A DNA stretch of 64,000 nt from Minisyncoccota bacterium. GTDB lineage: Bacteria; Patescibacteriota; Minisyncoccia; Minisyncoccales; GWA2-38-27. Below, in pieces: positions 49,400 through 59,026 of the stretch (within the stretch, counting starts at the first letter, position 1; every line of letters starts with the position of its first letter). The stretch covers positions 5,287-69,286 of the forward strand of contig JAQVFW010000002.1 of NCBI GenBank assembly GCA_028697015.1. The letters run 5' to 3'. The position numbers were made by a program, and so were the translations under genes. Below the pieces are notes generated by a model. It saw only the letters and a program-made list of their open reading frames with translations. It had not been told where the DNA came from and did not search any database.

Positions 49400-49801
49400 T
49401 CAATATAAAACCGTATCCCCCTCGTTAACTTTGCTGTTAGCAGTAGTTTCAAAAACAGCATCTGCCTTTTTTGTCGCCTCCACGACGTTTCCGGGCAAAA
49501 CATCTCTGAAAACTTCAACAACCTCTTTTTTATTGATAAAAACAATATCAATAGGAAAAAGCATTTCCATTGTTTGATAGGTAAAATTCCCCTCTTCTTT
49601 ATAAAGGAAAAGCATCCCATGCCCCTCTTTTAAGTTTTCCCTTTTTGACAATCCTTTTCTTTTTTCTTTTTCTGTTCTACTTATTTCAACAACAAATTCT
49701 TCTTCCCCTATTTCTATGACTCTGATATCTTCATTTTTAAAAGGAAAAATAAAAAGAAACAAAAAACCGAAAAAAAAGATAATTCTTTTAAAAAAATCCA
49801 T
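49400..49801 (-). CDS. DUF192 family protein
   Basis: KGLSKR, GMLF, FPIDIVFI. Confidence 0.85.
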   Translation of the reverse strand: MDFFKRIIFFFGFLFLFIFPFKNEDIRVIEIGEEEFVVEISRTEKEKRKGLSKRENLKEGHGMLFLYKEEGNFTYQTMEMLFPIDIVFINKKEVVEVFRDVLPGNVVEATKKADAVFETTANSKVNEGDTVLY

Positions 49802-49816
49802 TTAAAAATTCAACGA

Positions 49817-50599
49817 TTAAGGTTGAAGAATATCCTCCGTTTCTTTGTCAATTGATATTATAACTTCATCTATGGTTTCAAACTGCTTCAAAGTTTCTTC
49901 TATTTGAAGACGGATAAATAAAACCGTGGCTGATCCGGCAACTTCATTAAGACGGCTATTAAAATCCACTTCTGCAACTCCGTCTCTAATAACTATTCCC
50001 TGGACAATAACACCGGGATTAATCAATGTAAAATATCCCTCATTTACTTCTTCTTCTGTTGGACCTTCAAGCAAGGCAAGAAGAGATGCCATTGCAACTC
50101 CCTCTGTTTTCGGCAGTTCTCTTTCTACTGGAAAAGGTATCTCCTCTTCTCCTGTTTTTCCAAAAAAGACAAGAACTTTCATCATTTCTGTTTCAAGGGC
50201 CTCTTCATTTGAAATCATCATGTTATCAATTTCAGAAAAAACTCCGTCAGTTATGGCTTTAATTACGATTCCATCTTCAACCGTAATTACTATATCGTGG
50301 GGAGTTATAACTTGAGCTGTAAATTGCTCTGTTCTATCTCCGTAGCCAGATGAAGTTGAAAAAAACGAATAGGTAAATTCAAGACAGGTCGGACAATCAA
50401 GAATTCTCGCATCTTTTAATTGAAGATCAAAACCGTCAAAAAGATACGTCAAAGCGTTATTCTCAACCCATTCTTTGGCAATTTCCTGCGATGAAATAGG
50501 CGTAGCCGGCACAGAGGCAAAATAGGAAAATGCGAAGAAAACAAACGCCATTGCAGCTACAATTCCCAAAAGAGAAAAAATCAAAACTTTATTTCTCAT
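49817..50599 (-). CDS. Membrane-anchored GerMN domain protein
   Basis: LLEGPT.EE...G, VDF, QIEETLKQF. Confidence 0.8.
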   Translation of the reverse strand: MRNKVLIFSLLGIVAAMAFVFFAFSYFASVPATPISSQEIAKEWVENNALTYLFDGFDLQLKDARILDCPTCLEFTYSFFSTSSGYGDRTEQFTAQVITPHDIVITVEDGIVIKAITDGVFSEIDNMMISNEEALETEMMKVLVFFGKTGEEEIPFPVERELPKTEGVAMASLLALLEGPTEEEVNEGYFTLINPGVIVQGIVIRDGVAEVDFNSRLNEVAGSATVLFIRLQIEETLKQFETIDEVIISIDKETEDILQP

Positions 50600-50751
50600 A
50601 TTTTTTTCCGATACTTCTTTTTGAAAACCGCCTTAGAATAAATTGATCATTTCTCTTTTTGCGGTCTTCGAAAATAAAAGCAGCGGGATTATTTCTTTTT
50701 AATTTTTTACTTTTTAATTTTGATATAATGTCGCCAATCTTTTCCATAAAT

Positions 50752-51318
50752 TTAAATTACCACTTTATCTCTTTTCTCTTCCGGTTTAAAAGCGCCAAGA
50801 AGAATATCTTTTGTCTTGTAAGGATCGGGAATTTGCCGAAAAACAAAATTTCCAAACGCTCCTGCTGTCTGAATTTTTAAATCGCCATATTTAAAAATCA
50901 TCGGGAAAATTCCATGAATATCAACGGTAACATCCTGAATTCTGTTATGGGAAACGCTTGAATAAAATCTGCTAAACAAACTTCTCAATTCCGTATGTAT
51001 TGTCCTTTCGCTTGTAATAATCCAGCAATCAAGGTAATAATGAGCAAAAACGATAAAAATAAAATGCAAGATTACGATAAGAATAATAGATAAAACAAAG
51101 AAAGAGGCAAGATAAAGATTTATTGAAAAGGAATATAAAAAAGGAATTTTCCCTAAAAAATCTCTAAGTCCTTCTTCGTTTTGATAAAGAAGAAGAAATA
51201 ACATTCCGAAAACAGTTAATAAAAAAAGGAGAATAAAAGGAAAAAGTTCAGCAAAAAGAACAAACGAATGCCTTCTTTTTATCAAAAGTATTTTCTCATT
51301 TGGATTAACATTAATCAT
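50752..51318 (-). CDS. Membrane protein with bacterial PH domain
   Basis: 2 TM, WIITSER, IQDV, YGDLKIQTAG. Confidence 0.8.
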   Translation of the reverse strand: MINVNPNEKILLIKRRHSFVLFAELFPFILLFLLTVFGMLFLLLYQNEEGLRDFLGKIPFLYSFSINLYLASFFVLSIILIVILHFIFIVFAHYYLDCWIITSERTIHTELRSLFSRFYSSVSHNRIQDVTVDIHGIFPMIFKYGDLKIQTAGAFGNFVFRQIPDPYKTKDILLGAFKPEEKRDKVVI

Positions 51319-51515
51319 TTTATAGTAAATATTAAAAAAATAAAGCTCAGAATCAGAAGAAATATTTCTGTAAAAAAATAACCCTTTAGGGCTTTTTTTG
51401 CGATTGGGTCAAAGGGCATTTTAAACTTTTTAAAATGATAAGATAAAATAGCAAGAACGACAGCACTAAAGAGCGCTATAAAGATAAAAATTGCTATAAA
51501 TATCTTGCCAATCAT
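51315..51515 (-). CDS. Small 2-TM hypothetical protein
   Basis: 66 aa, hydrophobic, own promoter, 4-nt overlap with the next gene. Confidence 0.65.
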   Translation of the reverse strand: MIGKIFIAIFIFIALFSAVVLAILSYHFKKFKMPFDPIAKKALKGYFFTEIFLLILSFIFLIFTIK

Positions 51516-51563
51516 TGTTTTATTTTAACACGGCATATTTTTTTGGCAAGATAATTTTACAAA

Positions 51564-51591
51564 CAAAAGAAGCAAGAATAATCTTGCTTCT
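51564..51591 (-). terminator. Terminator
   Basis: AGAAGCAAGA/TCTTGCTTCT stem with T-rich tail on the minus strand. Confidence 0.65.
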
Positions 51592-51620
51592 CTTTAACAA
51601 TACAAAATAATTATTTTCTT

Positions 51621-53288
51621 TTATACTTGTCTTTTTCTTCTAAAGAAGTAGAAAAGTAAGAACATGATAATCAGGAAAATAAGCCAGAAATACCATTTTT
51701 TAAAGAGTCCGCTCATTGCAGGCCCGATAGCGGCAAGAGAAAATCCATTGTTCTTTCTTATTAATTTAACTTCCGAAAAATCTTTAAAATCTCCCCCTTG
51801 CACTTTTGCTTCAACAATAAATTCTTCTTCCTCGCTATTTGTAATTTCACCGTAAAAAAGAAATGTTTCCGATTTTTGGCCTCCTAATATGATTTTAATT
51901 TCTTCCTTGTAATTTGAAAAATTCACTCCTTTCTGCGGAGATATGACAATAGAAACATCATCAATTTGTTGGTCGCTAATATTTTTGACAACAGCTAAAA
52001 AATCTATTTTATTTTCATTTTCAACTTCAAGTTCTTGTTTAAAATCTCCTTCTTTGTCTTTTCTTGCAAGAATGGATATTGATAATGGATTTTCATCTAT
52101 AATTTGGCAGCTATCTTCATTCTTATCCTCATCATAAATACAGTTATATTTACAAGTTCCGTTATCACAGTACCAGGCCGGCTTTTCATCAGAGTTGCAA
52201 GTCCCATATCCATAGGAAGTATCTCCCGTGCAAGAAACAGGAGTAGACCATTTTAAAACTCCGTTTTGGCTTGTGCATTTTGTAACATATCCGGCTCCAT
52301 AACACCTTGATTCCCCTATAAACGAACATTCGTTTACAACTACGGGCGCTTTTTTCTTTGATAAAACAACTACATCCATGCAATAAGGAGACGTTTCAAC
52401 AGAACCGCTTTGGCTTTTTCCTTTAACAAATGCGCAATATTTATATGTTCCGGGAACGCTTTCCTCTATTTGCCATACCTCTTTTGCATTTGTTCCGGAA
52501 ACATTTTTAACATTCCAAAAACCCTTAAAATGCGCTCCAACTGAAACAAGACCTCCATTGTCTTCACCTTCAACGGTTATCGTTATTATATCATTTACAA
52601 AAACAGAAAGAGGGCTGACATTAAGAGTTCCTTTTGCGCTTGCACTTGTACTTCCGTTATCTATTACATTAACAAAACAAGTTGCTGTTTTTGACTGATT
52701 TTCTGATTGAACACTAAGAGTAACAGAATAGTTTCCCGTAGAAGAAAAACTTTTAGAACAACTATTTGACGTTCCTGAACAATTTCCCGACCAAGAATAA
52801 GAATAAGATCCTGATGCTCCCGAAACGGAAGAAATAAAGTTTACCGTCTCGTTAACTTTGGCCGTAGAAGGAGAAGAATAACAAGAAACAGTCAAATCGT
52901 TTGAAGAAGCAGAAGAAACCTCCACTTCTATGCATTGTGGATTAGTATTGAAAGTTCCCGGCATCGGCCTTGATACACAACTTGCTGATGGAACCGTGCA
53001 TCCGGCAACGCTTCCGCAATACTTGTATGTTCCCGGAGTATTTTTTTGAAAAATCCAAGATTTGCTTGCTTCAGACGGCTTTCCCTTAACATCTACTGTT
53101 TGTTTATCGTTTCTCCCATAAACTCCAAGCCAGGTTATCCCCATGTCGTTATAACCTTTTACAGTAATTGTAAAATTTTCTCCTACCTTTACCACATTTG
53201 CGCTTGAAGAAATAGTTCCTGAAATACCAAAAACAAAAGCAGGAAAAAAGAAAAACAAAAATATTGATATTGTTAGAATATGTTTCAT
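51621..53288 (-). CDS. Cys-rich surface protein with Ig/PKD-like domains and C-terminal TM anchor
   Basis: Signal peptide, YSYSWSG PKD-like motif, PGTYKYC twice, TM helix followed by RRKR. Confidence 0.75.
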   Translation of the reverse strand: MKHILTISIFLFFFFPAFVFGISGTISSSANVVKVGENFTITVKGYNDMGITWLGVYGRNDKQTVDVKGKPSEASKSWIFQKNTPGTYKYCGSVAGCTVPSASCVSRPMPGTFNTNPQCIEVEVSSASSNDLTVSCYSSPSTAKVNETVNFISSVSGASGSYSYSWSGNCSGTSNSCSKSFSSTGNYSVTLSVQSENQSKTATCFVNVIDNGSTSASAKGTLNVSPLSVFVNDIITITVEGEDNGGLVSVGAHFKGFWNVKNVSGTNAKEVWQIEESVPGTYKYCAFVKGKSQSGSVETSPYCMDVVVLSKKKAPVVVNECSFIGESRCYGAGYVTKCTSQNGVLKWSTPVSCTGDTSYGYGTCNSDEKPAWYCDNGTCKYNCIYDEDKNEDSCQIIDENPLSISILARKDKEGDFKQELEVENENKIDFLAVVKNISDQQIDDVSIVISPQKGVNFSNYKEEIKIILGGQKSETFLFYGEITNSEEEEFIVEAKVQGGDFKDFSEVKLIRKNNGFSLAAIGPAMSGLFKKWYFWLIFLIIMFLLFYFFRRKRQV

Positions 53289-53338
53289 GCTGCATATTCT
53301 AACACTTTAAAATAAATATGTCAAGTAAAAGAGCCCTT

Positions 53339-53806
53339 CTAGTTTCCAAGTTTCCTAATTTCCTTTGCCAAGCTTTCTAGCTCTGACATTTCCTTTTTTT
53401 CTCCGAGCTGAGTTGAAATGTATCCTTGATATTTTTCAAAATATATCTTTTCTTTCGCCCACATCTCTTTAAAATCATCGGTTATGCCATGAAGAGGATA
53501 AAGCTTAAAATGAGCATGATTTACTCCCATCCCTTCTGCAACTAAGGCCACTCTTTTTATTTTAAAATACCTTTCAAGAATCTTGGCAACCGTTTTTGCA
53601 GATGCTATAAATTCGTTTAAAGTTTCTTTTTCCATATTGAAAATATAGGAATCATAATGCTTTTTGGGCAAAACAAGGGTCATTCCTTTTGTATTCGGAT
53701 TTACATCAAGAATAGCCAGAAAATCTTTGTTTTCCCAAATTTTTACAGAATCAAACTCTCCTTTTACAATTTTACAAAATATGCAACTTGTATCTTTATT
53801 GTTCAT
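53339..53806 (-). CDS. HIT family hydrolase
   Basis: CIFCKI; HAHFKL variant of the histidine triad. Confidence 0.85.
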   Translation of the reverse strand: MNNKDTSCIFCKIVKGEFDSVKIWENKDFLAILDVNPNTKGMTLVLPKKHYDSYIFNMEKETLNEFIASAKTVAKILERYFKIKRVALVAEGMGVNHAHFKLYPLHGITDDFKEMWAKEKIYFEKYQGYISTQLGEKKEMSELESLAKEIRKLGN

Positions 53807-54377
53807 AATATTTTTTCAAAATTTTAAAATCTTCTTTTAAAATATCAAGCTTATGAACATTGTAAACGGCAACCGCCGGATGATAAAGAGGAATAAAATC
53901 CATTTCACCAAGATTAAAAACCTTTCCTCTGCAAACGCTAATCGACTCTTTTTCTATTTTGTATTTCTCAAAAAAATAATTCATGGAATGCCGCCCAAGA
54001 GAAACAATTACTTTTGGCTTTATAATCTCTATTTGCCTGTCCAAAAAAGGAGCATAAGCTTTAATCTCAATAGGAAGAGGGTCTCTATTGTTTGGAGGCC
54101 TGTCCTTTACAATATTTGTGATATAAACATCCTCTCTTTTTATTCCCGAAGAAATAAGAAGATTATTAAGAACTCTTCCCGCCTGCCCGCAAAAAGGCCT
54201 GCCGGTCTTGGCTTCATTTCTTCCTGGGGCTTCTCCGACAAACATAATTTTGGCAAAATGATTTCCTTCCCCTATTACGGGAAAAAAATTATTATCTTTT
54301 CTTTCCTTATAAAGAGGTGAATCTTTAAAATCAATTATTTCTTCCTTTATCTTTAAAAGTTCTTTTTTTATTTCCAT
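53796..54377 (-). CDS. Family-4-like uracil-DNA glycosylase
   Basis: VGEAPG..E...GRPF.G, RPPNNRDP, YHPA. Confidence 0.9.
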   Translation of the reverse strand: MEIKKELLKIKEEIIDFKDSPLYKERKDNNFFPVIGEGNHFAKIMFVGEAPGRNEAKTGRPFCGQAGRVLNNLLISSGIKREDVYITNIVKDRPPNNRDPLPIEIKAYAPFLDRQIEIIKPKVIVSLGRHSMNYFFEKYKIEKESISVCRGKVFNLGEMDFIPLYHPAVAVYNVHKLDILKEDFKILKKYYEQ

Positions 54378-54385
54378 TTTATTAC

Positions 54386-56104
54386 TTACATTTCCTCAAG
54401 GAGAGGAATGCCTAAAATTCCAAACCCTTTTTCCAAAACCAAAGAAACTGCAAAAATTAAGGCAATTCTTGCTTCTTCTGTTTCTTTATCGCTATTTAGA
54501 ACAGAGTGCTTGGCATAAAATCTGTTTAAATCTTTAGAAAGCTCATATAAGTAATTGGCTATTTTAGACGGGTTAAAAGTTTCCATAGCTATTTTTATTT
54601 CCCTATCAAAACATATAATTTTTCTTACAAGAACAATCTCTTCCTCTTCTTTAAGAACAGAAAAATTAACATTTTTTTTTATTTTTTTTCTGCCCGATTT
54701 CCTTATGATACTTTTTGCTCTTGCATAAGAGTACTGGCAGTAAGGCCCTGTCGCCCCTTCAAAAGAAACTGATTTTTCAGGGTCAAAATATATGTCTTGG
54801 CAAGGATGAATAAAAAGAAGCTGGAATTTAATTGCTCCAAGAGCAATTTTAAGAGCTCTTTCTTCTAAATCTTTAATTTTGCCATAACGCAGAATAATTT
54901 CTTTTTTGGCATTTTCTTTAACTTCATAGAGCAGATTATCGGCATCAACAACTTTTCCTTCTCTTGATTTCATCTTCCCTTCAGGAAGAAAAACCATAGC
55001 GTAGGGAAGATGATAGAGTTTTTCTACCCATTTATATTTTAAAACTTTTAATATTTCAAAAAGACATTGAAAATGATAAACCTGTTCCATACTTGTAATA
55101 TATATTGACTTGTCAAAATTATGGTCTTCCATTTTTTTAACGGCAACACCGATATCTTGAGTAATATAAAGGTTTGTTTTGTCTTTTCGAAGAAGAGTGA
55201 TTTTTCTTCTCTTGCCGTTTTTATCAAGCCCGAATTTTTCTTCCGGAAGGTCAAAAAGTATATCTCCTTCTTCTCCGTAATAAAAAACTCCTTTTTCTGC
55301 TGCTTTTTTAACAATTTCTTTTCCAATATTGTAAAGCTTGCTTTCATAGTAAACAAAGTCAAATTCAAATCCAAAATCATTGTAAGTTTTTTTAAATCCG
55401 TCATAAACCCAAGAATTCATTTTTTTCCAAAGAGAAATTGTTTCCTTGTCTCCCTGTTCCCATAAAACAAGCATTTTATGAACTTCTTCTTTAAGAAGAG
55501 GATTTTTCTTTTCTTCATTGCTGTATTTAACATAAAAATTGCCGACAAAATGATCTCCTTTTATTCCTTCTTCGTTTGGCGTTTTCCCTTCTCCCCATTT
55601 CTTATAAGCCAGCATGCTTTTGCAAATATGCTCTCCCCTATCATTAACAAGATTAACTCTTACCACTTTTTTACCCGTTGCTTTAAAAATATTAGAAACA
55701 GCTGTTCCAAAAAAACCGTTTCTAAGGTGGCCCAAATGAAGCGGTTTGTTTGTATTGGGAGCTATATATTCAATCAAAACTTTTTCCTTTTTTTCCGACT
55801 TTCTTATTGTCCCCGCCTCATTAATAGCTGATTTTATAAAAAAATCTTTCTTTATTTCAATATTTAAATAAGGAAAAAGTACTGTGGCTTTTTCAATAAA
55901 ATCAAGAGATTGAAGCTCTTTAATTAGGACATCCCCTATATCTTGAGGAGATTTTCCAGTTTCTTTTACAAAAGGAAAAAGACAAACGGCAAAATCGCCA
56001 AACTTTGGATTTGAAGGATGCTCCAAGACAACATTCAAATCGGGTTTTTTCAATGCCTTTTTTACTTCAGAAACGATAGAATTTTCAATTTCTTTGATTT
56101 TCAT
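54386..56104 (-). CDS. argS: Arginyl-tRNA synthetase
   Basis: PNTNKPLHLGHLRN, KMKSREG, GPYCQYSYAR. Confidence 0.97.
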   Translation of the reverse strand: MKIKEIENSIVSEVKKALKKPDLNVVLEHPSNPKFGDFAVCLFPFVKETGKSPQDIGDVLIKELQSLDFIEKATVLFPYLNIEIKKDFFIKSAINEAGTIRKSEKKEKVLIEYIAPNTNKPLHLGHLRNGFFGTAVSNIFKATGKKVVRVNLVNDRGEHICKSMLAYKKWGEGKTPNEEGIKGDHFVGNFYVKYSNEEKKNPLLKEEVHKMLVLWEQGDKETISLWKKMNSWVYDGFKKTYNDFGFEFDFVYYESKLYNIGKEIVKKAAEKGVFYYGEEGDILFDLPEEKFGLDKNGKRRKITLLRKDKTNLYITQDIGVAVKKMEDHNFDKSIYITSMEQVYHFQCLFEILKVLKYKWVEKLYHLPYAMVFLPEGKMKSREGKVVDADNLLYEVKENAKKEIILRYGKIKDLEERALKIALGAIKFQLLFIHPCQDIYFDPEKSVSFEGATGPYCQYSYARAKSIIRKSGRKKIKKNVNFSVLKEEEEIVLVRKIICFDREIKIAMETFNPSKIANYLYELSKDLNRFYAKHSVLNSDKETEEARIALIFAVSLVLEKGFGILGIPLLEEM

Positions 56105-56217
56105 GCCTCAATTTTAGCATATTCTTGGTCCCCTTACAATAAAAAAGTTTTTCACAATTTGATTTATATTCCCCCGAAGTGTATAATAGAAAAAACTATT
56201 CTAAAGCAAATTCAACC

Positions 56218-57813
56218 ATGCAAATTTTTGAATACTACTTTAATCCGAAAAATGAAGAAGGAAAGAATTTTAAAGCATTTCTTTATGAACCGAAAAATCC
56301 GTCCGAAAAAAAAATGGGGTCATTGTATGTTTTAGGAGAAACAAGAACTGATAATAGCAACCTTTTAGAACGGCTTTTTAGGGCAATAAAAGAAAAATTC
56401 TATCATAATACTACTCTCGGATCTTTGGAAAAAGTTCTTCCTGAAACTCTAAAAAAAGCAAATGAATTTTTGGCCGAAGAGGTTAAAAAGGAAAATGTCA
56501 GGTGGATGGGAAATTTTTCATTCGGAATTTTTTCAATAAAAGGGCTTGATCTTAATTTTACCAAAACCGGGAATTTTAAAATTTTGCTTCTCCGATTTGG
56601 AAAATTCACCGATATAGGCAAGGAGCTGGAAAAAGAAGAGATGGATCCTTATCCTTTGAAAGTTTTTTTTAACATTGTTTCGGGAAAATTAGCCCCACTT
56701 GATATTCTTATGGTCGTTTCAAATGAAGTTTATTTTTTCCTTAAAGAAAAAGAAATTTTATCAAAAATTGCAAATCTTAAAGAGTATGATGAGAAAAATC
56801 TGAAAAATGTTTTTCAAAAGGAGCTTTTTACCGAGAAAGAAGGATCAAAAATATCAGGAATGTGCCTTCTTTTTTCCCTTAATGAAGAAAACTCCCTGCC
56901 TAGAGAATTTTCTTTCCAAGAAAAAGTAAAAACGGCAATAGCGCCGAAAAAAACAGAAATCAGGAAAAACTTTTTAATAATCGGGTTTCTTCTTATTCTT
57001 CTTTTCTTCGGCTTTTTGATTTTTAAAAAAGAAAAAACAGACAAGAAAGAGGAATTTATTCCCATTTTAGAAACATTAGAAGAGGAATCAATTCTTTTCC
57101 ATTTGGAAAAAACTGAATACAAAAATGATTTAACTCCCCTTTTTCAATTAAACAGCGAAGCTGAAAAAATAATTGTTTTAGGAGAAAGAATATTTGCTCT
57201 TTCCTTTCCAGATAGTATCTATGAAATTAAAACAGGCAATCAGGAAAAATTAAATATTCCGGGCGAATTCCTTTCCGCTTCAAAAGGAAAAGATACTGTC
57301 TTTTTTATATCAAAAGAAAAAGGATTTTTCTCTCTCAAAGAGGAAGAAGTAAAAATTGAGGAAGAATTCGACCTAATTAATTTTTACGGCTCAAATCTTT
57401 ATTTTATGAGCAAAAATAACTGCCAAATTTTTAAATACTCTTTTGCAAACAACGATATGACAAGCTGGTTCAAGCAGAAAAAAGAAAATCAAACCTGTCT
57501 TTCTTTTGCAATTGACGGTTCAATTTGGCTTTTAAGTAAAGAAAATACCTTGGACCTTTATTATGAAGGAGAATACCAAAAAAGCATAGAATTACCGGAA
57601 GGAATAACCGATATTAAAACAAGCTTTAATCATTCTTTTATTTACCTTTTATACCCGAAGGGGCAAAGGATAATCGTACTTGATAAAGAAGGTAATCTGA
57701 TAAAGCAAATTAAGAGCGAACAATTCAATAAACTAAAAGACATCCAAATCTTAGAAGATAAGGAAAGCATCTTTATTCTTAGCGAAAACAAGATTTACAA
57801 AATTGGAATTTAA
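56218..57813 (+). CDS. Hypothetical membrane protein: PP2C-like cytoplasmic domain, TM helix, beta-propeller-like domain
   Basis: Central TM helix, IDGSIWLL and RIIVLDKEG repeats. Start at ATG 56218. Confidence 0.65.
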   Translation: MQIFEYYFNPKNEEGKNFKAFLYEPKNPSEKKMGSLYVLGETRTDNSNLLERLFRAIKEKFYHNTTLGSLEKVLPETLKKANEFLAEEVKKENVRWMGNFSFGIFSIKGLDLNFTKTGNFKILLLRFGKFTDIGKELEKEEMDPYPLKVFFNIVSGKLAPLDILMVVSNEVYFFLKEKEILSKIANLKEYDEKNLKNVFQKELFTEKEGSKISGMCLLFSLNEENSLPREFSFQEKVKTAIAPKKTEIRKNFLIIGFLLILLFFGFLIFKKEKTDKKEEFIPILETLEEESILFHLEKTEYKNDLTPLFQLNSEAEKIIVLGERIFALSFPDSIYEIKTGNQEKLNIPGEFLSASKGKDTVFFISKEKGFFSLKEEEVKIEEEFDLINFYGSNLYFMSKNNCQIFKYSFANNDMTSWFKQKKENQTCLSFAIDGSIWLLSKENTLDLYYEGEYQKSIELPEGITDIKTSFNHSFIYLLYPKGQRIIVLDKEGNLIKQIKSEQFNKLKDIQILEDKESIFILSENKIYKIGI

Positions 57814-57830
57814 AAAATTTAATTAAAATA

Positions 57831-57860
57831 AAAAAAGCGCCCGTTTAAAGGGCGCTTTTT
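57831..57860. terminator. Bidirectional terminator
   Basis: AAAAAGCGCCC/GGGCGCTTTTT between convergent genes. Confidence 0.85.
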
Positions 57861-57875
57861 CAAAAGAGAGTAAAA

Positions 57876-58334
57876 TTATTTTAATTCCACTTTTCCTCCG
57901 GCTTCTTCTACTTTTTTCTTAATATCCTGCGCTTCTTCTTTTGTAGCTCCTTCTTTTATCATCTGAGGAGCGCCTGAAGAGGCATCAACAAAATCCTTTG
58001 CTTCTTTTAATCCCTTTCCAAGCATGTCTCTTATGAGCTTTATAACTTCAAGCTTTTTTTCTCCAGGTGCTGAAAGCTCTACGTTAAAAGAACTCTTCTC
58101 TTCCGCTTCTGCGGAAGCTCCCGGAGCTCCTGCTGCCACGGAAGGCATCGCCATCATTTGAGGAGCTGCTGAAACTCCAAATTTTTTCTCAAGAACTTTT
58201 ACAAGCTCTGAAAGGTCAAGCACGGACATTTTTTCTATCTCTTCAACGATTCCTTTAAACTTTTTAGGAACTTCTACTGTCTCTTTTTCCGCTTTTTCTT
58301 CAGCGGCAGATGTGTTTTTGTTTTCTTCGGCCAT
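57876..58334 (-). CDS. rplL: 50S ribosomal protein L7/L12
   Basis: [31 protein letters not shown]. Confidence 0.97.
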   Translation of the reverse strand: MAEENKNTSAAEEKAEKETVEVPKKFKGIVEEIEKMSVLDLSELVKVLEKKFGVSAAPQMMAMPSVAAGAPGASAEAEEKSSFNVELSAPGEKKLEVIKLIRDMLGKGLKEAKDFVDASSGAPQMIKEGATKEEAQDIKKKVEEAGGKVELK

Positions 58335-58362
58335 AATATTTTATATTATTTTTTAAAATTTA

Positions 58363-58872
58363 TTATTTAATTTGTTTTAATGCATTTATAAGACCTTTTG
58401 TACTGCCCTGGCAAACACTAAGGAAATTTACAATAGGAGCGTTTAAACATGAAAGAAGCGATCCGTAAAGAACTTCTCTTGAAGGCATCAGTGCCAAATC
58501 AGTAACCTTTTCCTTGCTTATGCAAACATTATCAAGCAATCCTCCAAGAATATTAAAACTTTTATTTCCCTTGGAAAAATCAAAAATATCTTTCGCAAAT
58601 CCGAACTCATCGTTGTAATTAAAAATCAATCCAAGTCGGCCGCTAAGAAGAGTTTCATCAAGAGGAATCTCATTCTTTATAAAAGCCATTTTTGTAAGAG
58701 TTTTTTTTGAAACCACAAAATCAGTTGATTTTTCTCTTAATTTTTCCCTTAAAACCAGAACGTCTTTATTTTTTAATCCGTCAATATCGACAAAAACCGC
58801 TGATTTTTGCTTTTTCAGCTTATCTTGCAGTTCTTTTAGTTTTTCTTTTTTTTGTTCTTTTGTTAAAGCCAT
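58363..58872 (-). CDS. rplJ: 50S ribosomal protein L10
   Basis: MALTKEQK, LREKLR, VSKKTL, LALMPSRE. Confidence 0.95.
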   Translation of the reverse strand: MALTKEQKKEKLKELQDKLKKQKSAVFVDIDGLKNKDVLVLREKLREKSTDFVVSKKTLTKMAFIKNEIPLDETLLSGRLGLIFNYNDEFGFAKDIFDFSKGNKSFNILGGLLDNVCISKEKVTDLALMPSREVLYGSLLSCLNAPIVNFLSVCQGSTKGLINALKQIK

Positions 58873-58877
58873 AAAAT

Positions 58878-58978
58878 TAAAAAGCTGCCCTATAGACAGC
58901 GTGGAAAACATTATTATAAATGCAAATTCACCACCTCGATAAGTCTTACCCCTTTAAGGGAGCTTATTGTCTACGGTA
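58878..58978 (-). ncRNA. Ribosomal protein L10 leader
   Basis: CCGTAGAC-AATAAG...CTTAT-CGAGG directly upstream of rplJ matches the kink-turn L10 leader pattern. Confidence 0.75.
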
Positions 58979-59026
58979 AAGATATATTACAAATTCCTAA
59001 AAAAAAGTCAACCCCTTTATTTAAAA

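Noticed and set aside
49369-49620. N-terminal extensions in the ORF track (also 44135-44266, 58873-58911, 23239-23283, 56179-56217)
   Set aside because: They overlap upstream genes or leaders; downstream ATGs fit the family N-termini and promoter positions better.
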